From contig CDMY01001019.1 in the NCBI GenBank assembly GCA_001179505.1, forward strand, positions 162,888 to 226,887: 64,000 nt of DNA, in the 5' to 3' direction. Below are positions 50,600 through 62,400 of this stretch, piece by piece (positions within the stretch are counted from its first letter, which is position 1; every line of letters starts with the position of its first letter). The notes beneath the pieces are model-generated. The model was given only the letters and a program-made list of their open reading frames with translations. It searched no databases and was not told the DNA's origin. The DNA comes from Vitrella brassicaformis CCMP3155 (taxonomy: Eukaryota > Protista > Chromerida). Position numbers and translations under genes: made by a program.

Positions 50600-50875
50600 G
50601 TCCTGTGCAGTTGTGTACGGCTATACATGCCGCCGTCGCAGAATTCTTTTATCCGTGGGTCACTGTGGTGAAGGTTAAGGGTAAGCTGCCTGCCTGCCTG
50701 TCTGTGTGGACATCTCTCTCGATGCTATCTGCCATTGCCTTTGCGTGTCTTTCAAGGTATGAATCGTGTGGATGAATCAATCGGTGTGCCGCTGAAGCCC
50801 TCGATCAAGCGGCGATGCAAATACTTGGTCGCCATGCCCATCATCGCTGCCAACAAAATGCTCGAGAGATGATGG
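50600..50875 (-). repeat. Dispersed repeat family A, copy 2 (inverted relative to 16490-16800)
   Basis: Reverse-complement match to the 16.5-16.8 kb segment. Confidence 0.8.
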
Positions 50876-50879
50876 GGAT

Positions 50880-51980
50880 TTGACCCTCCGTAAATTGAAA
50901 AGAAAGAGGAAACCCGCAAATTTGGAGGGAGGGAGGGGAGCCGAGTCGAAACTTTCGATTCGATAGTCTTGTAATGTAACTTGAATTTATTGTTTCTCTG
51001 TATGTGTCTGTATAGATGTATTGAGAAACCTGGAAACGAGAACTTTTTGGATTTCTATCTATTTTTATAAATCGTGGTGATTTCCCGGAGGCACCCCAGA
51101 GTCCCAACAAATCGTCCTCATTGGCTTTAGGACATCCATCAATGCACACCCCTCCGCCACGCACTCTCTGGTGCCATCTGGGATTGGCCTTCCCTCCAGG
51201 TTTCGGAGGCAGCCATTCATGTGTGGCATCGCACCGAACAAGAGGAACGCCGATGGACTTCATTCATCCCCAGTATCTTCCCCAGGTCCGTCGTTGTTGA
51301 AGGAGTCATCAGCCTCGTCGCGCCGGTCGTCGCGCCGGTCGTCCCGATCGTTGCGCCGGTCGTTGTCATCATCCCCAGTATCTCCCCGAGGTCCGTCAGG
51401 GTCCAAGGAATCGCCAGTATCTCGACCGGGTCCGTTGGGATTGAGAGAACTATCGGCCCTGAAAGCACAATTGCATGCGTGACCCGAGAGTCCATTAATT
51501 TCCGACATCAGGAGTTCCTGCATGCATGCTTACGAGTCTGGTCGTCGCATCGCGCCGCTGCCGGAGCTGCTGCTGTCGCTGCCAAGAGAGCTCCATCTAT
51601 TGAGCCCGGAGTAGCTCTGAGATTGCGCTGGACGAGAGATTGAGGAAGCGGCGTTGTTGGAGTCCGTGTTGCCTGGCCCATTGCACCCATCTCACCCCAC
51701 ATATACATTTTGCATCCATTCTGAGGCATCCATAGACTTTCGAATGACTGAATTAAAGTCCACTCGAATGTATGCAATTTTACAACCGACAAATCTTTTA
51801 CCTCGATTTTGTTGGTTGTAAAATTCGTAGAAATTGCATATCTTTTTTGATTGTAAAATTCGGTCTAAACATCCGAGAGGTTTAGGGAGAGGTATTGAAT
51901 GCCTCTCGCGCTTTGGCGCTCCGACTCCTCTAGACACCCGCCCGTCCTGTGCGGTGCAAAACCCGGAGACAAATGTTACA
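50880..51980 (-). mobile_element. Possible decayed retroelement fragment (gag-like low-complexity ORF pieces)
   Basis: AT-richer, microsatellite-free. Minus strand begins TGTAACA at ~51979 (LTR-like start); frameshifted ORF pieces MGAMGQATRTP..|MQELLMSEINGL..DDDNDRRNDRDDRRDDRRDD. No RT or integrase motif seen. Confidence 0.3.
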
Positions 51981-52091
51981 TACATCCACGTGCATGAGAC
52001 TTGTTGACTACCGGATTATTAAACAAATTCTAACAAATACGAAAATTGAACAGGATGGTTTTAAAGAAAAACATGATGCTTATCGCTGCTC

Positions 52092-52400
52092 TTAGTATCG
52101 ACAGGAGTACTGTGCAGCATCAAGGGCGATCTCCTCGTACTTGCCCACCATCTGCACTCCGGGCTTTGTCGCTGTGAATGTGATACCCCCACAAAAATCG
52201 CCAGACACAGCGCTTGGTTTGATCACTCCAGCGTACACGCTGATGTCACCCTGTTTGCCGCCGCCCTCCACCTTCTCAGACTTTTGCGTGTTCCTATTGA
52301 TGATCCACACGGGCCGCTAGAGAAACACGTACATATTGACGATTCATAGATTCACAGCTTTCTGCATCCTGTAGTCCTTAGTGGCCTTACCTCGATGGTG
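52092..52400 (-). pseudogene. Spliced gene fragment of unknown family
   Basis: GAG|GTAAGG..TTTCTCTAG|RPVWIINRN..VYAGVIKPSAVSGDFCGGITFTATKPGVQMVGKYEEIALDAAQYSCRY*; upstream frame interrupted. Confidence 0.25.
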
Positions 52401-53164
52401 AAGCTGGACAAGAGGCAGTGACTGTTTTGTTTGTCGTCAGATGGGATATCCATCCATCCCTCCCTTCTCTACTATCTAACAACGAACGTAATCCAAGCCC
52501 ATCTTTGTCCGGTCCCTTCTCTCGTGGGTCTCACCCATCCCTCTCCCTCTCTCTACTATCTACATCGTGGCTGGCCTTGCTCTACTCGGATGGTGTCAAG
52601 CTATCTGTCATCTTCAAGGGCTCTGGAACAGCTTCTTCGTGTGGGCCATTCTGCGCTGCAGGTCGAGTGTTGTGAGCGGACGCCCCCCGTCACTTTCCAG
52701 CTATCGAGCCAATGGAGATCGGCAACCCTGTCGACAAACCGGCACCGAGGAAGTCATATGGAAGGCATTCTGTGGGCAGCCTTGAATTCCTCATGCCAGG
52801 CGGCCGGCTCGGAGGGGGATGGGAGGCGGCTCTAAAGGAGTCGAGCCGTTCATTCTGACTGAGTAATGTGTACAGGGAGGGTCGACCCACCTGCTTGCTT
52901 AGTGAGTGAAGCAGTCACCTGTCTACGCATGTTTATGTATGAGTGAGTGATCGAGGAGTACAGAGCGGCATCAGAGAGGAGCACAGCACACAACCATCGC
53001 CCATTCTCATCGTGTCTCAGTTGCTTATCGCGTGTCTCATTCATGTGACAAAGCAATCACCACAAAGCAATCATTTCTGTCAAACAATCAGCCCATCCCG
53101 ATCACTCTATTCACAAGCAAAATGAACCGCATAAACCAATCACTCACTCATCAGCCATCCAAAG

Positions 53165-53415
53165 CGACCATTTCATGGCTCAAAATGACCGCAAGACACA
53201 TGAAGCACCCCTCTGTGAAAGAGCGGACCGATGAAAGAGTGACTCCACGGAGAAAGACAGACATTTTGATTGTCATCTTCTGAGATGAAGCATTCTCGAT
53301 TTTGCGACGAAAAAGCGACCTGGCAGTGCGTGACCGAGCTTGAGCCACGATGACATGAACGGAAGAGCAGCGGCTTCGCGCTTGAAAGGCAGCAAAGGCC
53401 CATTGGTGACTCACA
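53165..53415 (+). repeat. Dispersed repeat family B, copy 2
   Basis: Homologous to 34500-34745. Confidence 0.85.
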
Positions 53416-54239
53416 GGATGGTCAGCTGAGTCATCTGAGGCATCCGATGAGTTCACACAGCACAGAAGTCCGTTTCACGCTGAGAAAAAGTCCGTTTGCC
53501 AAGAAAGCGAATTGATCGCTGTCTGTCTGTCTGTCTGTCTGCTCTCGCCCCCTTTCCCTCTCAAGCACTTCAAAATGTAGGCAGGGAGGTAGGGAAAAAC
53601 AAATAAACAAACAAACAAAGAGGAAGAGGAAGAGGTTCTGCATGTAAGTATGTGTGTGACGTGTTGGCCCTTCCTTCGAGCTCGGGTGGGCGGGTGGTGT
53701 CTATGTGTGTGGTGTGTGGTGACTGGTGTGGGGTTGGTTACATTGAGAGTGGAGGAGGCCTGCCTGTGGATGTGTGTATATAGAGGAAAGAACGTTGTCT
53801 TGCTGCGCGGATAGAGAATTACACATTGAAGTGAAGATCAGCGTTTGTGTCTGTGTCTTCCGTGTGTCCACATGCATCAGCGGCACTGTTCCATGACACA
53901 GCCAGCCAGCCATCCAACCACACAGACACACAGAAACAAACGAACCACGGCTGAGGTGAAGTGTGACGAAAAGGAGACGACTTGGTGGCTTCCCTCCCCC
54001 AGAAGAGCGTGCAGGCAGCCCGGTTGCTAGACATCAGGCATAGAAGACCATGCCCATAAGTCACGGATCATACAGCCGGCCGATTGTCCAAACATGAATC
54101 CCTCATCCCCCTGCGCTGGCTGCAGGGAGGCGACTGCCTTACTTACTAATACTGTACATCACGGATAAAGCCCACGCTGACACACAAGGAAGCCACAGAC
54201 AGACAGACAGACGTCTAGACAGACAGACAGAGACAGAGA

Positions 54240-54274
<35 letters not shown>

Positions 54275-54522
54275 CACTGCCTGTTACGCCTTTGGACGCG
54301 ACACATCACATGACATGACATGACATGACAAACAGGTAAGACACAGACGGCCCAGGCTTAGCCAGCCAGCCGGTGTCACATGAAAAAAGGACCAAGGCCA
54401 TCCCTATCGGACGGCACCCACACACACATACATACACAGACACAATATGCACCGTTGAACATGAACCAGGGCCCACTTGATCGAAGAAACGGCCCCCTGG
54501 GCCTCCATCTGCCGTCGATGGC

Positions 54523-56806
54523 TCAGTCGTCGTCTCCTCCCGCCAGGAAGAAGTGGCTAAGGCCGTCTTTGGCGTTCATGCGGAAGGCGGGAGGGCACAC
54601 CAACCTGACACACACACAGACAGAGACAACACACAAAGGGATAAGACATGGCGCGGAGGTTGCAATCGTCTGTTCTGTTTACCTGTCCATGAAGGCGATG
54701 AATTCGTGCAAGTACTTGCCGTTGGCCGCCGCCAAGAGGGGCGCCTTCGAGTTTTTCTGGTGCAGCAGCAGGCGGGCTGTTAGGCGTCTGTGGATGGCGT
54801 CGGTGCTCGACCCACGGGCATCCGGCAGTTCCATGCCAATCTGCGAGAGGACGTCGGCGATCCCCGGCCACTCCTCCTCCTTTGGCACGCCCATGACGCT
54901 GAAGATGTCTCGGAGCATGTGGCGGGCATCATTATGGTATGGAAACAGACTCACACCGAAGGCCGCCTGCCAAATGGACACAGAGAAGAGAGAAGACTCA
55001 CATGTGATCTCGCCGTGTGTCTGCATGGTGTGTCTCTTGCACCCACCTTGAAAGCCGTAGTGGCGACGGACCACATGTCTGTCTTGGCCGTGTTGTGGAG
55101 GGTCTCGGGGAAGTTTGTCTCTCTCCCTGCAGCAATGGCGACACACATAGAGGGACAAGAGAACATATGCATCTTCTGTTGTGTGCATATATATATATAT
55201 GTGTGTGCGTGTATGTGTGTGTGTGTGTCTCGCTCAGTCGGTCCCTCCCCATATGCATTCAGGCATCCACGCCTTCATACAAGTAGTAAGTTAGTTATGT
55301 ATGTGTGTAGTCAGTCGAGAGGGGTCCGCCGAGTCAATCAATGTCTCAGACGGCCAGCAAGAGCCAAAAGGAGCAAAAGGCAAAAGCCACTGGTGGCGCC
55401 TCCCCGTGTGTCGAAAAAAGCCATGCGCCTATCGTACCCAGAGGGGGTACAATGGCGCTCCCGCGTACGGGATGGACTGTCTTGTGCGTCGGTGGGCTTG
55501 TCTGTGTCTGACACACACCGAGTGTGGCTGTGAGGCACACTCGTGTGTCTGAAGCTTACGTGAAAAGACGGTGTGTCAAGAGACACTTGCCTTTTCACAG
55601 CATCGGAAGAGACACTGTCTTGTATTTGTTGCGGCCATCGTGTCGCTGCGGAAGGAAATTCATCATTCATTAAGGGCTCGACAGGTGCGGCTCGACAAGG
55701 GGCGGACGTGTGCATCGACTCAGACAGACGTTCATCCACTACACGATTCTCCTGTCTGTCTGCCTGCCTGCCTGCCTGTCAAGTTGTCTGTCTCTGTCTG
55801 CCTGTTTAGGTTGTCTGTCTCCGCCTGTCTGCGAGGCTGTCTGTCTCCCTGTCTACGAGTCTGTCTTTGTTGGAATCTTGGGATTCTGCTGCTGATCATA
55901 CGGCTGATCGATGGGATTCTACCTCTGCCAACACGCGTGGTCAGCAGTGCCATGAGGGCATGGGACATGTAGCGTTAATTCGACACGCCATACATGTACC
56001 ATTTCATGCCATTCCATTCAGATCGAGCGAGTGCTCACCACATAGCAGAGATTGAGTGGCGATTGGCGATTTGCGGCGGTTTGTGTGTCTGAGAGTTTCA
56101 CCACATCCCCATGCACACGTAAGTCCTCGCTCACCCCATCCACCCCACGACACGTCACATAGACGACAGTGCAGTTTGACAAACGGCACGCTATTCCTCA
56201 CGCAACAACCCATGACCATGCTAGGGAGGGACCGACTCAGCGAGAGGATGTGTGTACGCATTGGTACGAATATAGAGTGCACTCACCATTGGCTGCAGCA
56301 GCCAGTGCCGCCTTGAGATGCACCTCCGGCGCCCGGTGAGATGGCGTCTGCATCTCGGTCTCCGTCACTCGACCGGTGTCGGCAACCTCTCGGCTGTTGC
56401 CGAAGTCAGCAAGGTTGACAGACGTACGCCCTTCTGTATCAGACAAAAGAAGACAGACAGCGTTCCATCCATGTGTGTGCAAGGTGTGAGCGTGGCGAGT
56501 GGGGTGTGTGTGTGTATACCTTGGTGCTTGACCAGGATGTTCTCGGGCTTGAGGTCACAGTGCCACACGCCGTTCTCTTCCAGATGGGCCATCGCAGACA
56601 GCAGCTGACGGAGCACCCAGCGCAGCACGGCAGGCGGGAGGCCAGCGGGGTAGGACTGACACCCTTCGGGGGGCGGGAAGCCGTGAAGCGAGTTGGTATG
56701 GGGGGTCCTGACACGAGTCTCGTGAAACACAATAACCAACCAACCTGTGTGTGATGTGATGGTGCGTTGAACACAGATCTACAACAGGCCATCCTTCAAC
56801 CAGCAT
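54523..56806 (-). CDS. CMGC-like protein kinase C-lobe (N-lobe not found), large insert between subdomains VIII and IX
   Basis: VLRQLLSAMAHLEENGVWHCDLKPENILV, VNLADFGNS, MQTPSHRAPE, TDMWSVATTAF, LFPY..IFSVMGVP..WP, PAFRMNAKDGLSHFFL*; start position approximate. Confidence 0.75.
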
Positions 56807-56941
56807 ACATCGGTGAGAGGGGAGATGAGAATACCGAAGAACATCATCTCACCGCGCGCTTCGACCTACCTGAGTTGTGTGTGTTCTGATGGTGTGTTGA
56901 ACAGATCTCGGCGCGTGAAGAAGCGTTGATTTTTGTATCCA

Positions 56942-58070
56942 ATGTCTGCGGCCTTCACGAGATCTGCCAAGCTGGTGTTTCTGGGCGCCCCGGGTGCTGG
57001 CAAGGGGACGTATGCGACGCGGCTGTGCAAGGCGTGGTCCATCCCTCACATATCCACGGGCGACATCATTCGCGCTGAGATCAAGGCGGGATCGGACCTC
57101 GGCCGCCAGTTCCAGAGCTACTCCAACACAGGCGCTCTTGTGCCCGATGAGCTCGTTGTGGCCATTGCAAAGTACGCGTAACACATGTATCTGCTTGCAT
57201 CAGTGACATACTGATGGTTGATGGACTGTTGGTCTGTCTGTCTGTATATTTGTGCATGGCATTCAGGAAGCGATTGAGTGCGTCAGATGCGCAAAGGGGA
57301 TATCTGCTGGACGGCTTTCCCCGCACTGTGCCCCAGGCCGAGCAGCTTCATCAGTTCGCGCCCCCCACAATGTGCGTCAACATCGCCCTGCCTGACCGAT
57401 TCCTCATCATGAAACTCGCCGGCAGAAGGGTAGGTATGTCAGTCCGTGTGCAGAAGTCACAGACAGATAGATACATCCATCCACTGGACTGGTAGATGTG
57501 ACTGACACACGACGACCTCGCGTCGCTTGCTTGATTCTGTGCGTGTGCATTCGATCGAGCAGGTGTGCTCTCAGTGCGGGGCGAATTACAACATAGCCGA
57601 CATTCGCGAAGGCGAGTACGACATGCCCCCACTGCTCCCCAAACCGGACGACTGTGACAAAGTCAGTCATTCGGTTGGGGGACAGCGGGAAGAGAATCTG
57701 ACTGTGTATGTGAATGTATGTCTCTGTGTGTGTGTGTGTCACTCGCTCACTTCCTCATTAAACAGTGTCTGGGCAAGCCTGATTTGGTGCAGCGTGACGA
57801 CGACAAAGAGGAAGTGGTCAAGGAGAGACTGGACGTCTACAAGAGGGAAACTGCGCCTCTCATCGACTTCTATGACAAACAAGTGGGTGACCCCCCATCC
57901 ACGAATGGCTGTTCTGTTACGCTCCCTGTCGCTCTCTCTGGACGGGTGTCTGTTTGTCTCGTTCTCCTTCATTGCAGAGATTGCTGCTCAACTTTGACGT
58001 ATACAAGGGCGTAAAGGACCTTCCCAAGCTGCAAGAGCTGATCGAGAAGGAACTCGGCAGATTGATGTGA
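56942..58070 (+). CDS. adk: Adenylate kinase, long form with Zn-type LID (5 exons)
   Basis: [13 protein letters not shown] (P-loop), [33 protein letters not shown]|[15 protein letters not shown]|CLGK, QRDDD..ERLDVY; stop 58068-58070. Confidence 0.95.
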
Positions 58071-59440
58071 ATAGTGAGTGAAACAGGTAGACGCGTTTGT
58101 GTTCGTGTGTACGTAGGAAGGCTTGGATTTGTCTGGTCGTTGTGTGTTCACTTGTGTGGTGCGGCGGGACAGACGTACGAAGACTGTGTGCATCAAGTGT
58201 GTGTATGTGCACACACTTGTGGCCATGTATACGTATTCTTCGCCTCATCCATGTATGGACGGTGGAAGACGAACCGAGTCAGTGGCGGCACCAACCAGCC
58301 GGTGTGCCCTCTGTGAAGTGAATTGATGCATCGATCAAGATTCTTCTTCGTACACAAATCGGGGTTTTGTTGTGTCCCCTCTTCGTCCAGATTAACCCTC
58401 ACCCACAAAATGCGTTGATCGCCTATTCGAATTCGTCCTTAACATAGCACCGGTCCACTCAAGCAAACAAATGCGCTTGCGTATCCATGGAAAGGCTGGT
58501 GGAGCACTTGCCACCCAGTCGAAGGACACACCACACTATCCACACTACGCTACACACGCAGTTATTCATTGAATGAATGCGACTCACCCGCCTGTTTCAT
58601 GGTATATGAGTGACACAGTCAGTCAGTTTCAAACGAAAGTCATGACTACAGAGAGCCCCGGTCCAAAGAGCTGGCTACCAATGGGGGTTCCTTTTGGATA
58701 CCCTCCCTCGAAGGACGGTCGTGTCTCACACACCGACGAACAAACAAATGCCAAAAAACCGTGGACGCGCAAGTGATATCCACGGGGAGCCTTGCAGTTG
58801 ACGAATCCGAAGAGCAGCCGAGGAAGATGCCCCCTCGGAGACACTCGTGGACTTCGGCGTGCGACGACTCCCGTGCATATTGGTCGGCAGCCCGACGTGG
58901 GCAGGACAGACAGTGCCATGATCACTAACCGACGCAAAGCAGAGACAGACACACGCGCGACAAAGACGACATCGTGGCCTCGACAAGTGAGTAAGTGAGA
59001 AAACCAGGTGATCAGTCAACCAAGGGCCCAACAATTGCCCTGATGCTGGTCGCCAACTCTGACTAGAGAGACGGAAGCTGCCATGATTGTCGGATGGGAT
59101 GGATGAAAGAAAGAAGACACATGCTCCCTTCCAAGTCTGCATCATGACCATTACACAGACGACATGACCTGTCTTCGGGAGGACGCGCGGCATTCGACCC
59201 ACGCCCCCAAGGGAGAGGACAGGAAAAGCCGACCAGAGAAGGACGAAGAAAGAGGCAGACCCTTGTGGCTGAGTGGACCGAAACGACACGAGAAATACCG
59301 AGCGTCGGACAGGGAGGCAACACACTGAGAGCAGATTCGTCTTCATAACGCCCATGACTCAGAATAATGTGAGCGAGCGTTGCCGTTAGACGTGGGGCGT
59401 CACTTCTTCAATGTGGTGGTTCACGAGCACCCCGGCTGCC

Positions 59441-62400
59441 ATGGCAATTGGCATCGCCCTCTGCCTCTTCGCCTTTTTCACTCGACACACTCTCGCCCAG
59501 AAACAGCAGCAGCAGCAGCAGCAGGATAAGTACTTGACCTTCAGGGAGAGCGGCCTCGCCTACATCCACCCAAGGGAACACGCACAGTGAGCGCCAAACA
59601 GAAGAACCGCAAAGGATACACACACTCACCCCGGCGTTTGCAAGTTGATGCGATGTGGCCTTTGTGTGTGCAGATATGTGTCGCCCTTCACGACCATCGC
59701 CCTCCGCCACGGAGAGGTGTTGCTGTCTGATGGCCTGGAGGGCAAGGTCAAGGTGTCGGCCCGCGACGAGGGGCAAACGGTGCTGTCCTCCGACCAGCGC
59801 ACCCTCATCTACAAGCCCGCCACACCCAACAAGCCGCTGCCGCGTGGAGAGCGGGTCACCGTGCTTGTAAAGCCCGGCATCAAGACAGTCAATGGGACCG
59901 TGCTGCCAGGTAGATGGACAGGGAGGGGAGTCCGGCCGGGGGGAAGGGAACGGGGCAACACGCCAGGCTGGTGGTGGCACTCACTCTCTTGGGCGCCTGT
60001 GCGTGTGCGTGCATGTGTGTGTGTGCGCGCGTGTGTGTGTGTGCGAATGCAGGCGTTAAGTGGTCATTCACTGTGTCAGGGAAGGACCCTGATGGTGGCT
60101 ATCCCGGTGCACGCTTATACGCGGGCAACGACTGGGCCCCAATCGAGCCGAGAGGAGATCGCAGCTTTCCCTTTGTTTCCGACGATATTGACGAATCGGA
60201 AATCGGCCGATGGCCCCCGAAGGATGCGGCTGGTCAAGTTCCCCTTCCACCCCCTGTGGCTGACATGGAGGAGGGGTGGTACCAAGCAGCCAACCACACA
60301 CTCACAGAGAGAGCAGCGTGCACACATCACACGTGAAATGGCTCACCCGTGCAGGTACGAGGCGCCCTACAACTATTACAAGACCATCCCCGACCATCTG
60401 CCGCGGATGCGGGTTCGGGGGAAGCCCAAGTATGATCAGCTTGCTCCAGGCTATTTCTTCATGTCAAACAAGTAAACTGAGACGACACAAACCGCGTGGG
60501 CTGGCTGGTGGATGTATGATGATCCGTGGTGGATGTTGCAGCATCTTCGACACGGAACCCTTTGGCCACGTGTGGCACCCAGCAGTGATGGTTGTGGACA
60601 ACCATGGCGATCTTGTCTATCACGAGTACCTGGGACAGCAGAACTCGACGCGGGGAAATGGTGCAAGCGTCATTGAAATGTCGCCGAAGATGGGGCTGCT
60701 GGTGCAAAGAATGGGCGGGCTGCTCGAGAAAGACCAACACTTNNNNNNNNNNNNNNNNNNNNNNNNNNNNNNNNNNNNNNNNNNNNNNNNNNNNNNNNNN
60801 NNNNNNNNNNNNNNNNNNNNNNNNNNNNNNNNNNNNNNNNNNNNNNNNNNNNNNNNNNNNNNNNNNNNNNNNNNNNNNNNNNNNNNNNNNNNNNNNNNNN
60901 NNNNNNNNNNNNNNNNNNNNNNNNNNNNNNNNNNNNNNNNNNNNNNNNNNNNNNNNNNNNNNNNNNNNNNNNNNNNNNNNNNNNNNNNNNNNNNNNNNNN
61001 NNNNNNNNNNNNNNNNNNNNNNNNNNNNNNNNNNNNNNNNNNCATCTACAAGCCCGCCACACCCAACAAGCCGCTGCCGCGTGGAGAGCGGGTCACCGTG
61101 CTTGTAAAGCCCGGCATCAAGACAGTCAATGGCACCGTGCTGCCAGGTAGATGGACAGGGAGGGGAGTGCGGCAGGGGGGAAGGGAACGGGGCAACACGC
61201 CAGGCTGGTGGTGGCACTCACTCTCTTGGGCGCCTGTGCGTGTGCGTGCATGTGTGTGTGTGCGCGCGTGTGTGTGTGTGCGAATGCAGGCGTTAAGTGG
61301 TCATTCACTGTGTCAGGGAAGGACCCTGATGGTGGCTATCCCGGTGCACGCTTATACGCGGGCAACGACTGGGCCCCAATCGAGCCGAGAGGAGATCGCA
61401 GCTTTCCCTTTGTTTCCGACGATATTGACGAATCGGAAATCGGCCGATGGCCCCCGAAGGATGCGGCTGGTCAAGTTCCCCTTCCACCCCCTGTGGCTGA
61501 CATGGAGGAGGGGTGGTACCAAGCAGCCAACCACACACTCACAGAGAGAGCAGCGTGCACACATCACACGTGAAATGGCTCACCCGTGCAGGTACGAGGC
61601 GCCCTACAACTATTACAAGACCATCCCCGACCATCTGCCGCGGATGCGGGTTCGGGGGAAGCCCAAGTATGATCAGCTTGCTCCAGGCTATTTCTTCATG
61701 TCAAACAAGTAAACTGAGACGACACAAACCGCGTGGGCTGGCTGGTGGATGTATGATGATCCGTGGTGGATGTTGCAGCATCTTCGACACGGAACCCTTT
61801 GGCCACGTGTGGCACCCAGCAGTGATGGTTGTGGACAACCATGGCGATCTTGTCTATCACGAGTACCTGGGACAGCAGAACTCGACGCGGGGAAATGGTG
61901 CAAGCGTCATTGAAATGTCGCCGAAGATGGGGCTGCTGGTGCAAAAGCCGAGAATGGGCTGCGTGCTCGAGAAAGACCAACACTTCAACTTCGAGCGACG
62001 GCATCATCCCGAACATGGTCAGTGAAAGATCTAATCTACGTCAAGACCAAGAGAGACCTCCCTGCCTTTTTTCTCTCCCTTTGTCAGGCTACAAGTGGGA
62101 CCCACACGACATGCGGATGAACAAGGAGGGCAATCGGGTCTTTACCATCGACGNNNNNNNNNNNNNNNNNNNNNNNNNNNNNNNNNNNNNNNNNNNNNNN
62201 NNNNNNNNNNNNNNNNNNNNNNNNNNNNNNNNNNNNNNNNNNNNNNNNNNNNNNNNNNNNNNNNNNNNNNNNNNNNNNNNNNNNNNNNNNNNNNNNNNNN
62301 NNNNNNNNNNNNNNNNNNNNNNNNNNNNNNNNNNNNNNNNNNNNNNNNNNNNNNNNNNNNNNNNNNNNNNNNNNNNNNNNNNNNNNNNNNNNNNNNNNNN

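Noticed and set aside
51290-51430. Short direct repeats that could be taken for a CRISPR array
   Set aside because: Eukaryotic context, imperfect coding-type repeats (DRRDD), no constant repeat-spacer periodicity, no cas genes
59180-59225. Minus-strand LGGVGRMPRVLPKTGHVVCVM looks like kinase subdomains I-II that could complete the N-lobe-less kinase
   Set aside because: Gly spacing is wrong, the catalytic Lys is absent and no convincing splice sites were found
58400-59400. Short ORFs between adk and ASST
   Set aside because: No consistent frame or splice pattern and no recognisable motif
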